Of a DNA stretch of 45,102 nt, positions 16,955 to 24,981 are shown piece by piece. This stretch comes from an uncultured bacterium (GTDB lineage Bacteria > Desulfobacterota > GWC2-55-46 > DRQE01): positions 1 to 45,102 of the forward strand of contig CBDUXY010000001.1 in NCBI GenBank assembly GCA_965371305.1. The letters run 5' to 3'. Within the stretch, counting starts at the first letter, position 1; each line of letters opens with the position of its first letter. Both the position numbers and the translations under genes were made by a program. The notes under the pieces are model-generated. The model ran no database searches and was not told the DNA's origin. It was given only the letters and a program-made list of their open reading frames with translations.

Positions 16955-17068
16955 GTGAAGAGACCTGGGCCGGGTGAAGAGATCTGGGCCGGATGAAGAG
17001 ATCTGGGCCGGATGAAGAGATCTGGACTGGATGAAGAGTCCTGGACTGGGTGAAGAGTCCTGGGCCGG
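16955..17068 (+). repeat. Tandem array of 6 x 19 bp (RTGAAGAGNNCTGGRCYGG)
   Basis: Units at 16955, 16974, 16993, 17012, 17031 and 17050. Neighbouring units differ by 1-2 nt in a stepwise series. The three central units contain the AGATCT palindrome. The 19-bp period is not a multiple of 3 and there is no ORF. Confidence 0.9.
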
Positions 17069-17109
17069 GTCAAAGGTAGTTCTGTTAATTCCCAAATAAA
17101 TAGTTAGTT

Positions 17110-17216
17110 TCGCATGGCGGGCTACAAGCCCACCATGTGGGTATAATGCCCCGTAGCTGGGCTCAGGTTTTTTTCAACATTTTCCTTTTGATGCCTGGTA
17201 GCTTTCTGCGAGGTAG
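17110..17216 (+). repeat. REP/BIME-like intergenic repeat, copy d (full mosaic: hairpin A, hairpin B, GCCCCGTAGCTGGGCTCAGG, tail)
   Basis: CGCATGGCGGGCTACAAGCCCACCATGTGGGTATAATGCCCCGTAGCTGGGCTCAGG..TTTTGATGCC..GCTTTCTGCGAGGTAG. It matches the modules of copies a, e, f and h. Confidence 0.6.
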
Positions 17217-17476
17217 TTTGCTGGTTCCGGTGGTTATAGATGTTCTGCTGGTTTTTTTTGACTTTTTGCGGAAATTGGTGAAATAAATATGGAGATTATT
17301 TCTGCCGGTGTTATAATGCCGGTATTATAAATATGCACTATGTCTGCTCGCGTGGTGGTTGTGTATGGACGCGTGGCATTGTTTCGGAGTTTGTTCCTTT
17401 TTTAAAGGCTTCGCTTGCAGCAGTTAGCTGGAGATACTCCTGTTTGCATTAGTAAGGGTCCGTCAATTAATTGCAA

Positions 17477-17507
17477 GGGCGGTGCGAGGGGGGAGGGGCG
17501 CAAGGGG
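17477..17507 (+). other. G-tract block GGGCGGTGCGAGGGGGGAGGGGCGCAAGGGG (G4-capable)
   Basis: Four or more G3-6 tracts on the coding strand, 30 nt upstream of ATG 17537. Confidence 0.35.
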
Positions 17508-17536
17508 ACTTTTTAAGTTAAGAGGTTTCATGGGGC

Positions 17537-18109
17537 ATGAAGGCTTCCCGTATTTTTAAAATTGTATTTGTTTGCCTGTGTCTTGCTGCTTTTGTGGGTG
17601 GTTGTTCCGGCAGACAAAGGGCGCGTCGTTCGGAACTCGAGGGCCTGAGGCTTAAGAAGATCGTGGTGCTTCCGTTCCACAACATAAGCGGCAGGAACGA
17701 TGCAGGCAAGATAGTTGCAGACACCTTCGTGTCGGAACTTTTTAAAAACAAGAATTACCGTGTTGAAGAGCCGGGTAACGTGATGCAGTTCATGATTCAT
17801 GAGCGCATTGATACTATCGGGGAGATGGAAGTGCAGATGATAAGGATCCTCGGTATGCGGCTTAACGCAGATGCGGTTATTGTCGGCACTGTCGAGGAGT
17901 TTGATGACGGACTGAGATCAGGAGGGGTTCCGACTGTTTCCGTGACTGCAAGGATGGTGGATTCAAGGACCGGGCGCGTTGTGTGGGCCGGTTATAAGAA
18001 AAGAAGAGGAGATGAATATACTATTATTTTCGGAATTGGTTCTGTAAGGAGCGCTCCGGCGCTTGTGCAGAAAGTTGCTGCCGAATTGATAGATACTATA
18101 ACATGGTAA
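17537..18109 (+). CDS. CsgG/LpoB/TolB-N-like periplasmic lipoprotein (paralogue 3)
   Basis: Lipobox FVGGC. Motif IVVLPFHNISG..(~65 aa)..NADAVIVGTVEEFD. The stop overlaps the next start (ATGGTAA). Confidence 0.7.
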   Translation: MKASRIFKIVFVCLCLAAFVGGCSGRQRARRSELEGLRLKKIVVLPFHNISGRNDAGKIVADTFVSELFKNKNYRVEEPGNVMQFMIHERIDTIGEMEVQMIRILGMRLNADAVIVGTVEEFDDGLRSGGVPTVSVTARMVDSRTGRVVWAGYKKRRGDEYTIIFGIGSVRSAPALVQKVAAELIDTITW

Positions 18110-19686
18110 AAGAGATTCCTTCAAAAATGGCGGTAAAAGAATTATCAACAATAAAGACATTCAATGGCGAGTTGGGAAAAAACGCATGTTTTACGAATTG
18201 TCTGCGACAAGCGGTTTCCGTTAAAAAAATTGCCTCCTGCGCTGTTACGGTGTTTTTTGTCGCAGTGTTTTTTTTATGCATGCAAGGCCAGGCTCACAGC
18301 GCCTGGCCTTTTGGGAAAGCGACCGATGTGGAATCTGCTGATGTAGAAGCTACCGGGCAAGCATACGTCGCCAGGGTTGGTGACAGGGTTATAACGACCG
18401 AATTTTTCTTAGACAAAGTGAACAAGCTCCATATGAGCGAGCGCGTTGGCAGGGTGCTTAAAGAGAGCAAGGGCAAGGGGTTTGTCAGGGAAGATTACAG
18501 GAAGTTCCTGGATGAACTTATCAATGAAAATTTGATGGAAATAGAGGCCTTAAGACTTGGCCTTGAGTCGAATCCAGTGGTGCTGAGCAAGATGCATACT
18601 TACAAGATTAACCTCTTTCTAGGGCGTCTTAGAAGGGAAGAAGTTACGGGCAAGGTTATTGAGGTGTCTGAGAGTGAGCTGATTGAGGAGTATAGACGCA
18701 AACAGATTAAAGAAGGCAAGAAGCCTGCCGCTGATGATGACGAGGCAATGAAGGAGTCCTTGCTTCTCCCTGGCGCGCACCTGAGAAAGGGCTTTAAGCG
18801 CGACATAATTGCTCGTAAAAGGGCTTCACTTGAAAAGAAGTTCTTTAAGAGCCTGCGTAAAAAAGCCAGGGTGAAGATATATAAGGACGCCTTGATGCAG
18901 GTCTCCTCTGATATGGCAGACCCGTTAGGCACAGTTGTTGCAAAAGTAAACGGCGAGTACATAAGCGCATCGGAAGTGCTCAGGCTCATTGTAAATTCAG
19001 GCGGTGATAAGGCAGGTGTTGAAAAAAGGACTAAGATAGCGGAAAAAATTATTCTGCACAAGTTGCTTGACCGCGAGTCCTTAAGGCGCGGTTACGAGAA
19101 AGACCCTGTTTTTAAGACTATGATAGCCCAGTACAAGCGCGAGCGCCTTATTGACGTATTTAAAAGAAAAGTCGTTTTGCCGCTTGTAAAGGTTGAAGAA
19201 AAAGATATTTTGAACTATTATAATGATAATCAGGATGAATTCAAGCTGCCCGAGGTCTTCAGGCTTTTCTTGATCTCTACGAGCAGTGCCGATGATACGA
19301 ACAGTATAGCAAGGGAGCTTGAAAGGGGCGCGGACTTTGAGTACCTGGCAAAGCTTAAGTCAAATGACGGGTCCCGCAATGACGGTGGCGACGTTGGGTG
19401 GATGTCTGGCGGCGCTTTCCCGGCCTCCGTGCGTAAACAGCTCAATGAGGCAAAAAAAGGAGATTTAATCGGCCCCTTTGCCATGAGGAACAGGTATTAT
19501 GTGGTCCGTTATCACGAAACCAGAGATGGTGGATCCAAGCCCCTTAAAAAAGTCAGGAAGGGCATAGATAAAAAGCTTGGTACGCAGATGTACAAGGACA
19601 GATTGTCTGAATATATGGTTCGTTTGAGAGAGATGCAGTTTGTTGAGATTAACGAACAAGAACTTGTCAGGATTTCCGCTAAATAG
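18103..19686 (+). CDS. SurA/PrsA-like peptidyl-prolyl cis-trans isomerase (PpiC/parvulin type), membrane-anchored or secreted
   Basis: Hydrophobic segment VTVFFVAVFFLCMQGQAHSA. Long helical chaperone-like region. C-terminal parvulin domain (FRLFLIS..GGDVGWMSGGAFPASV..GDLIGPFAMRNRYYVVRYHE). The start may be ATG 18127. Confidence 0.8.
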   Translation: MVKEIPSKMAVKELSTIKTFNGELGKNACFTNCLRQAVSVKKIASCAVTVFFVAVFFLCMQGQAHSAWPFGKATDVESADVEATGQAYVARVGDRVITTEFFLDKVNKLHMSERVGRVLKESKGKGFVREDYRKFLDELINENLMEIEALRLGLESNPVVLSKMHTYKINLFLGRLRREEVTGKVIEVSESELIEEYRRKQIKEGKKPAADDDEAMKESLLLPGAHLRKGFKRDIIARKRASLEKKFFKSLRKKARVKIYKDALMQVSSDMADPLGTVVAKVNGEYISASEVLRLIVNSGGDKAGVEKRTKIAEKIILHKLLDRESLRRGYEKDPVFKTMIAQYKRERLIDVFKRKVVLPLVKVEEKDILNYYNDNQDEFKLPEVFRLFLISTSSADDTNSIARELERGADFEYLAKLKSNDGSRNDGGDVGWMSGGAFPASVRKQLNEAKKGDLIGPFAMRNRYYVVRYHETRDGGSKPLKKVRKGIDKKLGTQMYKDRLSEYMVRLREMQFVEINEQELVRISAK

Positions 19687-19702
19687 TCAGGGAGGACTCT
19701 TT

Positions 19703-21655
19703 GTGAGGTTTAGCCGATTCTTATTTATACCTTTACTTCTTCTGGCAGTGTTTGTGCTGACAGGGTGTCCTCCGTCCAAGCCCAGGATTGTCAGGAAGCA
19801 CTGCGTCGATTGCCACTCAACTCAGTACGCCGAGTACCTTAAAGGCAAAGCTCATCAGCCGATTAAGGATAAAGATTGTGAGAGCTGCCACTACTCGCAC
19901 GGCCTTATAGCGACCGTATCTTTAAAGGCCGATGATTCCTCTCTGTGTTACCAGTGCCACGACAAGGACAGGGCGAGAATAGAGAAGGGTACGATGCACT
20001 CCGCCCTTAAAGAGGGCACCTGTCTTGATTGTCATTCTCCTCATACGTCCAATTTTCCGGGGCTTACGCGGCTTGAAGGCAATAGCTTGTGTTACAAGTG
20101 CCACGATAGTACGGTTTTTAACAAAAAAACCACTCATGCAGCCGTTGCAAAAGGTTGTGATACATGTCACGACCCCCATTCCTCGGAGCACGGTTTTAAT
20201 CTGCTTTCAAGCGGTAATGAGCTTTGTCTTTCGTGCCATGATCCGGAAAAATCAAGTATCAGAAAAGCTCACTTCGGATACAGCGTGGGTGGTACGGATT
20301 GTCTCTCCTGCCATACGCCGCACGCATCCGACAGCGATAGCCTTACAAGGACTAATTCACACGCCCCTTACGTTGAGCGTAAATGTACGGATTGCCATAA
20401 CCCGGCAGGCAGTGAAAATGAACTCTCAACCGTGCTTGAAAAATCGGAGTTGTGTTACTCCTGCCATAAAGACAAAAAACAGGCCTATAACAAATCCGTT
20501 ATACACGACCCGCTTTCAAAAGGGGATTGTACGTCGTGCCATAACCCGCACACGTCGGACCAGAAAAATGAACTTCTACTACCCGAACGTCCGCTTTGTT
20601 ACACCTGTCACACGGAAAGCCGCAAGGAGCATGAAAGGAGGTTCCTGCACACGGCCATCAGTGAGTCGTCGTGCACGGGGTGTCATGACCCCCATGCCTC
20701 TGAGAATCAAAATGTGCTGAAGGCGGTTGGGGCTGAACTGTGCTACAGGTGTCATGAAAGAACTGTTTTCCTTTCAAAGTCGCAGGTGCATGACCCTGTT
20801 CAGAAGGACTCGTGCGTGGTGTGTCACGACCCTCATGCCTCAAACGAACCGGCCGTGCTTGCAAAGCCTGAAGGAGAGCTTTGCTACAGTTGTCATACAG
20901 AGCAGAAAATAACTTTTGACCTGCTCTCTCAGCATACGCTTGTGAAAAAAGGCAGTTGCAGCGGATGCCACACGCCGCATTCCGGAGATGAAAATAAACT
21001 GCTCAAGGCAGATACTCTTTCGCTTTGTCTTACGTGTCACGATAACGTGCCAAAGCCGTTTTATTCCATGGGAGTACACCCTATAGTAAATGAGGGCAGG
21101 TGTTACGAGTGTCACGACCCGCATGCAAGCAACAATCCGCTTCAGCTTGTGGCTATGGGGAAAGACTTGTGTTACAGGTGTCACGCAGCAGTTGAAAAAG
21201 AACTGGAAAAAACAAGGCTCACTCATGAACCGGCGAAAAAAGGTAAGTGCGTGACCTGTCACAGACCGCACGGAGCCAACATTGACCACGCCCTTGCCAG
21301 GCCCGAGGATTCGCTTTGTTTCTCATGCCACAAGGACCTTGAAGAAGGTATGAAGAAAGAAGACGTATTTTCTCATGACGTGGTGAAAAAGGGCATGTGT
21401 CTTAACTGTCATTCCGGGCATGCGTCAAAGTACAGGAATCTGCTTACCAGCAGTGGTAGGAAAATTTGCATGGATTGTCACGATGTGAAGGCAGGTACGC
21501 CGGTTGCCAACGCTCACGGTGCGATACCGATTGCCGGATCGGATTGTCTGGGTTGCCACGAGCCGCATTACGGTAAAGACAGGAAGCTTTTGCATGAAAA
21601 CATGCATGAGCCGTTTGAAAAAGGTGATTGTAATAGTTGTCACGCAAAACTATAA
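19703..21655 (+). CDS. Lipoprotein multiheme cytochrome c with 26 CXXCH motifs (about 13 tandem dihaem modules)
   Basis: GGAGG lies 7 nt before GTG 19703. Lipobox LTGC. 26 CXXCH motifs counted, alternating CxxCH(D/K/E) and CxxCHxPH roughly every 24 aa. Confidence 0.9.
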   Translation: MRFSRFLFIPLLLLAVFVLTGCPPSKPRIVRKHCVDCHSTQYAEYLKGKAHQPIKDKDCESCHYSHGLIATVSLKADDSSLCYQCHDKDRARIEKGTMHSALKEGTCLDCHSPHTSNFPGLTRLEGNSLCYKCHDSTVFNKKTTHAAVAKGCDTCHDPHSSEHGFNLLSSGNELCLSCHDPEKSSIRKAHFGYSVGGTDCLSCHTPHASDSDSLTRTNSHAPYVERKCTDCHNPAGSENELSTVLEKSELCYSCHKDKKQAYNKSVIHDPLSKGDCTSCHNPHTSDQKNELLLPERPLCYTCHTESRKEHERRFLHTAISESSCTGCHDPHASENQNVLKAVGAELCYRCHERTVFLSKSQVHDPVQKDSCVVCHDPHASNEPAVLAKPEGELCYSCHTEQKITFDLLSQHTLVKKGSCSGCHTPHSGDENKLLKADTLSLCLTCHDNVPKPFYSMGVHPIVNEGRCYECHDPHASNNPLQLVAMGKDLCYRCHAAVEKELEKTRLTHEPAKKGKCVTCHRPHGANIDHALARPEDSLCFSCHKDLEEGMKKEDVFSHDVVKKGMCLNCHSGHASKYRNLLTSSGRKICMDCHDVKAGTPVANAHGAIPIAGSDCLGCHEPHYGKDRKLLHENMHEPFEKGDCNSCHAKL

Positions 21656-21727
21656 GCGTTAGCACACGGCTGGTGCTGTTATGTTTATATGAGTATCTTT
21701 AACACCGTGAGCCCGGGAGCTGATTGA

Positions 21728-21847
21728 TGAATTTGCCCGCCGCAGGTGCTGCGCACGGCAGATAATAAAATATTCTTTGTTCCGTTTGCAAAGAAGACCG
21801 TTGCTGAATTTGCGCACCGCAGGTGTTCGCGCGCCGCAGGTGCTACG
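21728..21847 (+). repeat. Direct repeats TGAATTTGCSCRCCGCAGGTG (x2, 77 bp apart) plus a third GCCGCAGGTGCT
   Basis: Copies at 21728-21758 and 21805-21847. GCCGCAGGTGCT is exact at 21738 and 21832. Lies in the 233-bp gap upstream of the 16-heme gene. Confidence 0.6.
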
Positions 21848-21888
21848 TTAGTATATGTTAATAATAAAGGGATACTAATACTTAAGAC

Positions 21889-23217
21889 ATGCACGGATTA
21901 ATTGACATAAAAGGCAGGCTTAAAAGGATAGTGGCTGGGGCCTTATCTCCAGTGGTGACGCCGGAGGAGGCGACGCTCAAAGAGACGTACGCGGGCAGGC
22001 GCAAAAAGGGATTGGCCGCTGTTTGCTCTCTGGCGTTTGTTGTGTTTGTTTGTGTTGCTTTTATTCCGAATGTAAGTTTTGGCGCAACGAAGAAAAATAC
22101 CCGCTCGCTTTGCCTTGAATGTCACTCGGGCGCAAGGGCCCTTGTATCGCGCAGGAACGTGCATAAGCCGGTTAAAATGGGGCTTTGTACGGCGTGCCAT
22201 AACCCTCATGCCTCAAGCCATGCAAAACTTATCGGTTATGGCCAGGAGGAACTCTGTTATACCTGTCACGATGCAAACAGGCTTATTAAGGGTAAGGTAG
22301 TGCATAAACCCGTGAGTGATGGTCAATGCGCTGAATGTCACGACCCCCATTCTTCCAACTACCGGGGGCTTATGAAGCAGGGGGGGAGTAGTGCTTGCTT
22401 CTCGTGCCACGACAGGGAGAAGGTTATTAAAGGCAAGATAGTCCACCCGGAGGTTGCAAAGGGCAACTGCCGCACCTGTCACCTGCCGCACGCCTCGGAC
22501 AGGGAAGGGCTGCTTACCAGAGACAGGAACGACCTGTGCACGAAATGTCATAAAAACCCCAAGCAGTCTTCTCACAGCAAGATTAAGACTAAAGGGAGCG
22601 ACTGTATTGGCTGTCACAGCCCCCACGCCTCCGATAACATTGGGCTTCTCCGGTCGTTTAGGCACAAGCCGTTTGCCGACGGGCGCTGTAGTGTGTGTCA
22701 TTCAAGCACTGGCAAGGTGAAGGATAAGAGTACGGCAATGTGTGTTCAGTGTCACGAGTCGACGTTGCCGAGTTTTAACAAGAGATACACACATCTCTTC
22801 CCCGGTCCCGGCGAAAATGCCTGTACCAATTGCCATACGCCGCATGCAGCGGACAAGAAGTCCCTTATTAAAGATAAAGACTCACGTGTTTGTTATTCAT
22901 GTCATATGGATACCAGGCATTTTGTCGAACAAAGCGAGTTTAAGCATAGCAATATAAACGATTGTCAGGACTGTCACGTCTCTCACGGCTCCAATACCCG
23001 CTTTTTTATGCGCGATGAGGACGGGGGATGTTTGAACCAGGGCTGTCACGCCTCTCAGGGCGCTTTTACCCACCCGGTTGGAGAAGGGGTGATAGATCCG
23101 AGATTGAATACCGAGATGAACTGCGTTAGTTGTCACAATCCAATGGGTTCGCCCGAGGATCTGATCTTGAGGGGTGAAAGAGAGATGGGGTTATGTATAC
23201 AATGTCACCAGATGTAG
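21889..23217 (+). CDS. Membrane-anchored multiheme cytochrome c (15 CXXCH + 1 CX3CH)
   Basis: About 40 aa of N-terminal cytoplasmic sequence, then a TM or signal segment (AAVCSLAFVVFVCVAFIPNVSFGA). Has the same CxxCH/CxxCHxPH dihaem periodicity. Atypical CLNQGCH motif and an FTHPVGEG motif. Confidence 0.85.
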   Translation: MHGLIDIKGRLKRIVAGALSPVVTPEEATLKETYAGRRKKGLAAVCSLAFVVFVCVAFIPNVSFGATKKNTRSLCLECHSGARALVSRRNVHKPVKMGLCTACHNPHASSHAKLIGYGQEELCYTCHDANRLIKGKVVHKPVSDGQCAECHDPHSSNYRGLMKQGGSSACFSCHDREKVIKGKIVHPEVAKGNCRTCHLPHASDREGLLTRDRNDLCTKCHKNPKQSSHSKIKTKGSDCIGCHSPHASDNIGLLRSFRHKPFADGRCSVCHSSTGKVKDKSTAMCVQCHESTLPSFNKRYTHLFPGPGENACTNCHTPHAADKKSLIKDKDSRVCYSCHMDTRHFVEQSEFKHSNINDCQDCHVSHGSNTRFFMRDEDGGCLNQGCHASQGAFTHPVGEGVIDPRLNTEMNCVSCHNPMGSPEDLILRGEREMGLCIQCHQM

Positions 23218-23228
23218 AGGCAAAAAAA

Positions 23229-24179
23229 ATGTCTTTCGGGTTATTCAGGACCGCGCTGCGCGCCGTGGTTATGGCTGTCCTTTTCACCATACTCGCTTGC
23301 GCGTTTATGCCGGGTGTCTCCAATTCGGCCGTAAACAAGCGTGCCGTACTCTTGTCCGTTATAATGGGTGATGAACTCATGGGTGGTTTTAACGAGCCTG
23401 CGGCCCTTTTCTTTGACGAGAATAAAAAAAGGATCTACATAGCCGACACCGGGAATGACAGGCTTGTTTCGATTGGTGACGGGTTTATTTTCCTCTCGGA
23501 GTTGACGGATCCCGGTTTCACCATGCCTCTCTCTGTTGTAAAAAACGATGCAGGTGTGTTTTTCGTGCTTGACGGAAACAGGGGGAAGATCGTTGTAATA
23601 GATGCTGCTAACAAGATTGTGAAGGACCTTGAAGTGAAGGGTGTTCCTGATGCAGGAAACAAGTTTGTCCCCGGTCGTATGGCTATAGGGCCTGCTGATG
23701 GGCGACTCTATGTTGCCGACAGGCTTAATAAAAGGCTCCTTATCATCAACGCGGACGATGGGACGGTCACAGGACAGTTAGCCGTTAAAAAAACTGATTT
23801 TAACGGTGTTAGTGATTTAAGGGTAGACCGGCGTGGATACGTATACGTGCTTGACTCTGTTGCTGCCATGGTTCATGTGTTTGATGATAAGGGTAAGCTT
23901 ATATCAAGCTTTGGCGGCAGGAAAGGAGTAGCGGCTCTTACCTTCCCCGTGAGTTTGGCCGTCGATAATAATAGCGGCGAGATCTACGTGCTTGACCGTC
24001 ATTCCGGTAAAATATTTGTCTTTGATCTGAAGGGCAGGCTGCATAATGTTTTCCTGAACAGGGGGTTTAACAATTCAGAGCTCTACACTCCCGACTATTT
24101 GTTTATTGACGCCTCCTCCGTACTTTATGTTATTGATGGCAGAAGGATTCAGATTTTTAGAATTGAAGAAGTCAGATAA
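23229..24179 (+). CDS. Secreted NHL-repeat six-bladed beta-propeller protein (NHL-1)
   Basis: AGAGG lies 8 nt before ATG 23229; the ORF-track start 23193 overlaps the upstream gene. Six blades (YIADTGNDRLV, VLDGNRGKIVVID, LYVADRLNKRLLII, VYVLDSVAAMVHVF, IYVLDRHSGKIFVF, LYVIDGRRIQIF). Confidence 0.8.
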   Translation: MSFGLFRTALRAVVMAVLFTILACAFMPGVSNSAVNKRAVLLSVIMGDELMGGFNEPAALFFDENKKRIYIADTGNDRLVSIGDGFIFLSELTDPGFTMPLSVVKNDAGVFFVLDGNRGKIVVIDAANKIVKDLEVKGVPDAGNKFVPGRMAIGPADGRLYVADRLNKRLLIINADDGTVTGQLAVKKTDFNGVSDLRVDRRGYVYVLDSVAAMVHVFDDKGKLISSFGGRKGVAALTFPVSLAVDNNSGEIYVLDRHSGKIFVFDLKGRLHNVFLNRGFNNSELYTPDYLFIDASSVLYVIDGRRIQIFRIEEVR

Positions 24180-24868
24180 TGCGTATTTTCAGCCTTTCCA
24201 TAATACTTGTCTTTGTTGTTGTCCTTGCAGCAGGGTGTTTAAAGGATGTTGACGCACCCGAGCCAACCCCTGGCCTTGATACCGTACCTTTTTATAAAAT
24301 CGGAACACATGAGTTTAATACCAAAGCGGCCCTTAACAGCCGCGAGAGAAAAGACGTTGAGTCCCAAAGGCAGTTCAGGGCTGCCGTTAAAGCGCGGGTC
24401 AGGCAAACAGGCATTAATATAGAGATACCGGATCCATGGGTGCCTCCGGTAAAGGTCAGGAACGAAGACCTTCCTCCCTCTTTAAGGGCTTTTCCAAAGG
24501 ACTACTTCGGTTACCCGGATTGGACCGCTGCGGTTAAAGAAGAGCTTATAAAGCCAAGGGCCTCGCTTCCTGGTGAGATTGAGGTGAAAGAGCAAATATA
24601 CGATAGAGACATCTTGTTTCAGATAAACGACAGGCTTATGGCCAACGTACTTTTTCCTCATAAGATACATACCTACTGGCTTTCCTGCAAGATATGCCAC
24701 CCCAAGATATTCAAGGCCAAGAAGGGTGAGAATAACTTTACCATGTACGATATCTGGAACGGCAAGTTCTGCGGCAGATGTCACGGTAAGGTCGCCTTTC
24801 AACCCAAGGGATACAATAACTGCAAAAGATGCCACAGCCAGGGCAAGAGTACCATGGGCATACAATAA
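24179..24868 (+). CDS. Lipoprotein with C-terminal cytochrome c7-like trihaem domain
   Basis: TAATG start/stop overlap. Lipobox LAAGC. FPHKIHTYWLSCKICHPKIF..MYDIWNGKFCGRCHGKVAF..NCKRCH gives 3 CXXCH in the c7/c3 pattern. Confidence 0.75.
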   Translation: MRIFSLSIILVFVVVLAAGCLKDVDAPEPTPGLDTVPFYKIGTHEFNTKAALNSRERKDVESQRQFRAAVKARVRQTGINIEIPDPWVPPVKVRNEDLPPSLRAFPKDYFGYPDWTAAVKEELIKPRASLPGEIEVKEQIYDRDILFQINDRLMANVLFPHKIHTYWLSCKICHPKIFKAKKGENNFTMYDIWNGKFCGRCHGKVAFQPKGYNNCKRCHSQGKSTMGIQ

Positions 24869-24875
24869 TTTATAT

Positions 24876-24903
24876 TTGACTTTTTCTCGATTTATGGTAT
24901 CTT
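24876..24903 (+). promoter_or_regulatory. Candidate sigma70 promoter (TTGACT-N16-TATCTT)
   Basis: The hexamers were read directly. About 80 nt upstream of the response-regulator start. Followed by a TTTTGCTAC x2 direct repeat. Confidence 0.3.
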
Positions 24904-24981
24904 GGTAGAAAGTGCTATTTTTGCTACTTTTGCTACTTTCACGCATTTTTATATCTTTTTGAGGGAGTTTTCAACCGGGAT

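Noticed and set aside
16955-17068. Possible CRISPR array (regular short repeats).
   Set aside because: The 19-bp units are directly head-to-tail with no spacers. They are shorter than CRISPR repeats, and there are no cas genes in the window.
20025-20720. 231-aa alternate-frame + strand ORF inside the 26-heme gene.
   Set aside because: It is an artefact of the periodic, stop-poor repeat structure. The annotated frame carries all the CXXCH motifs.
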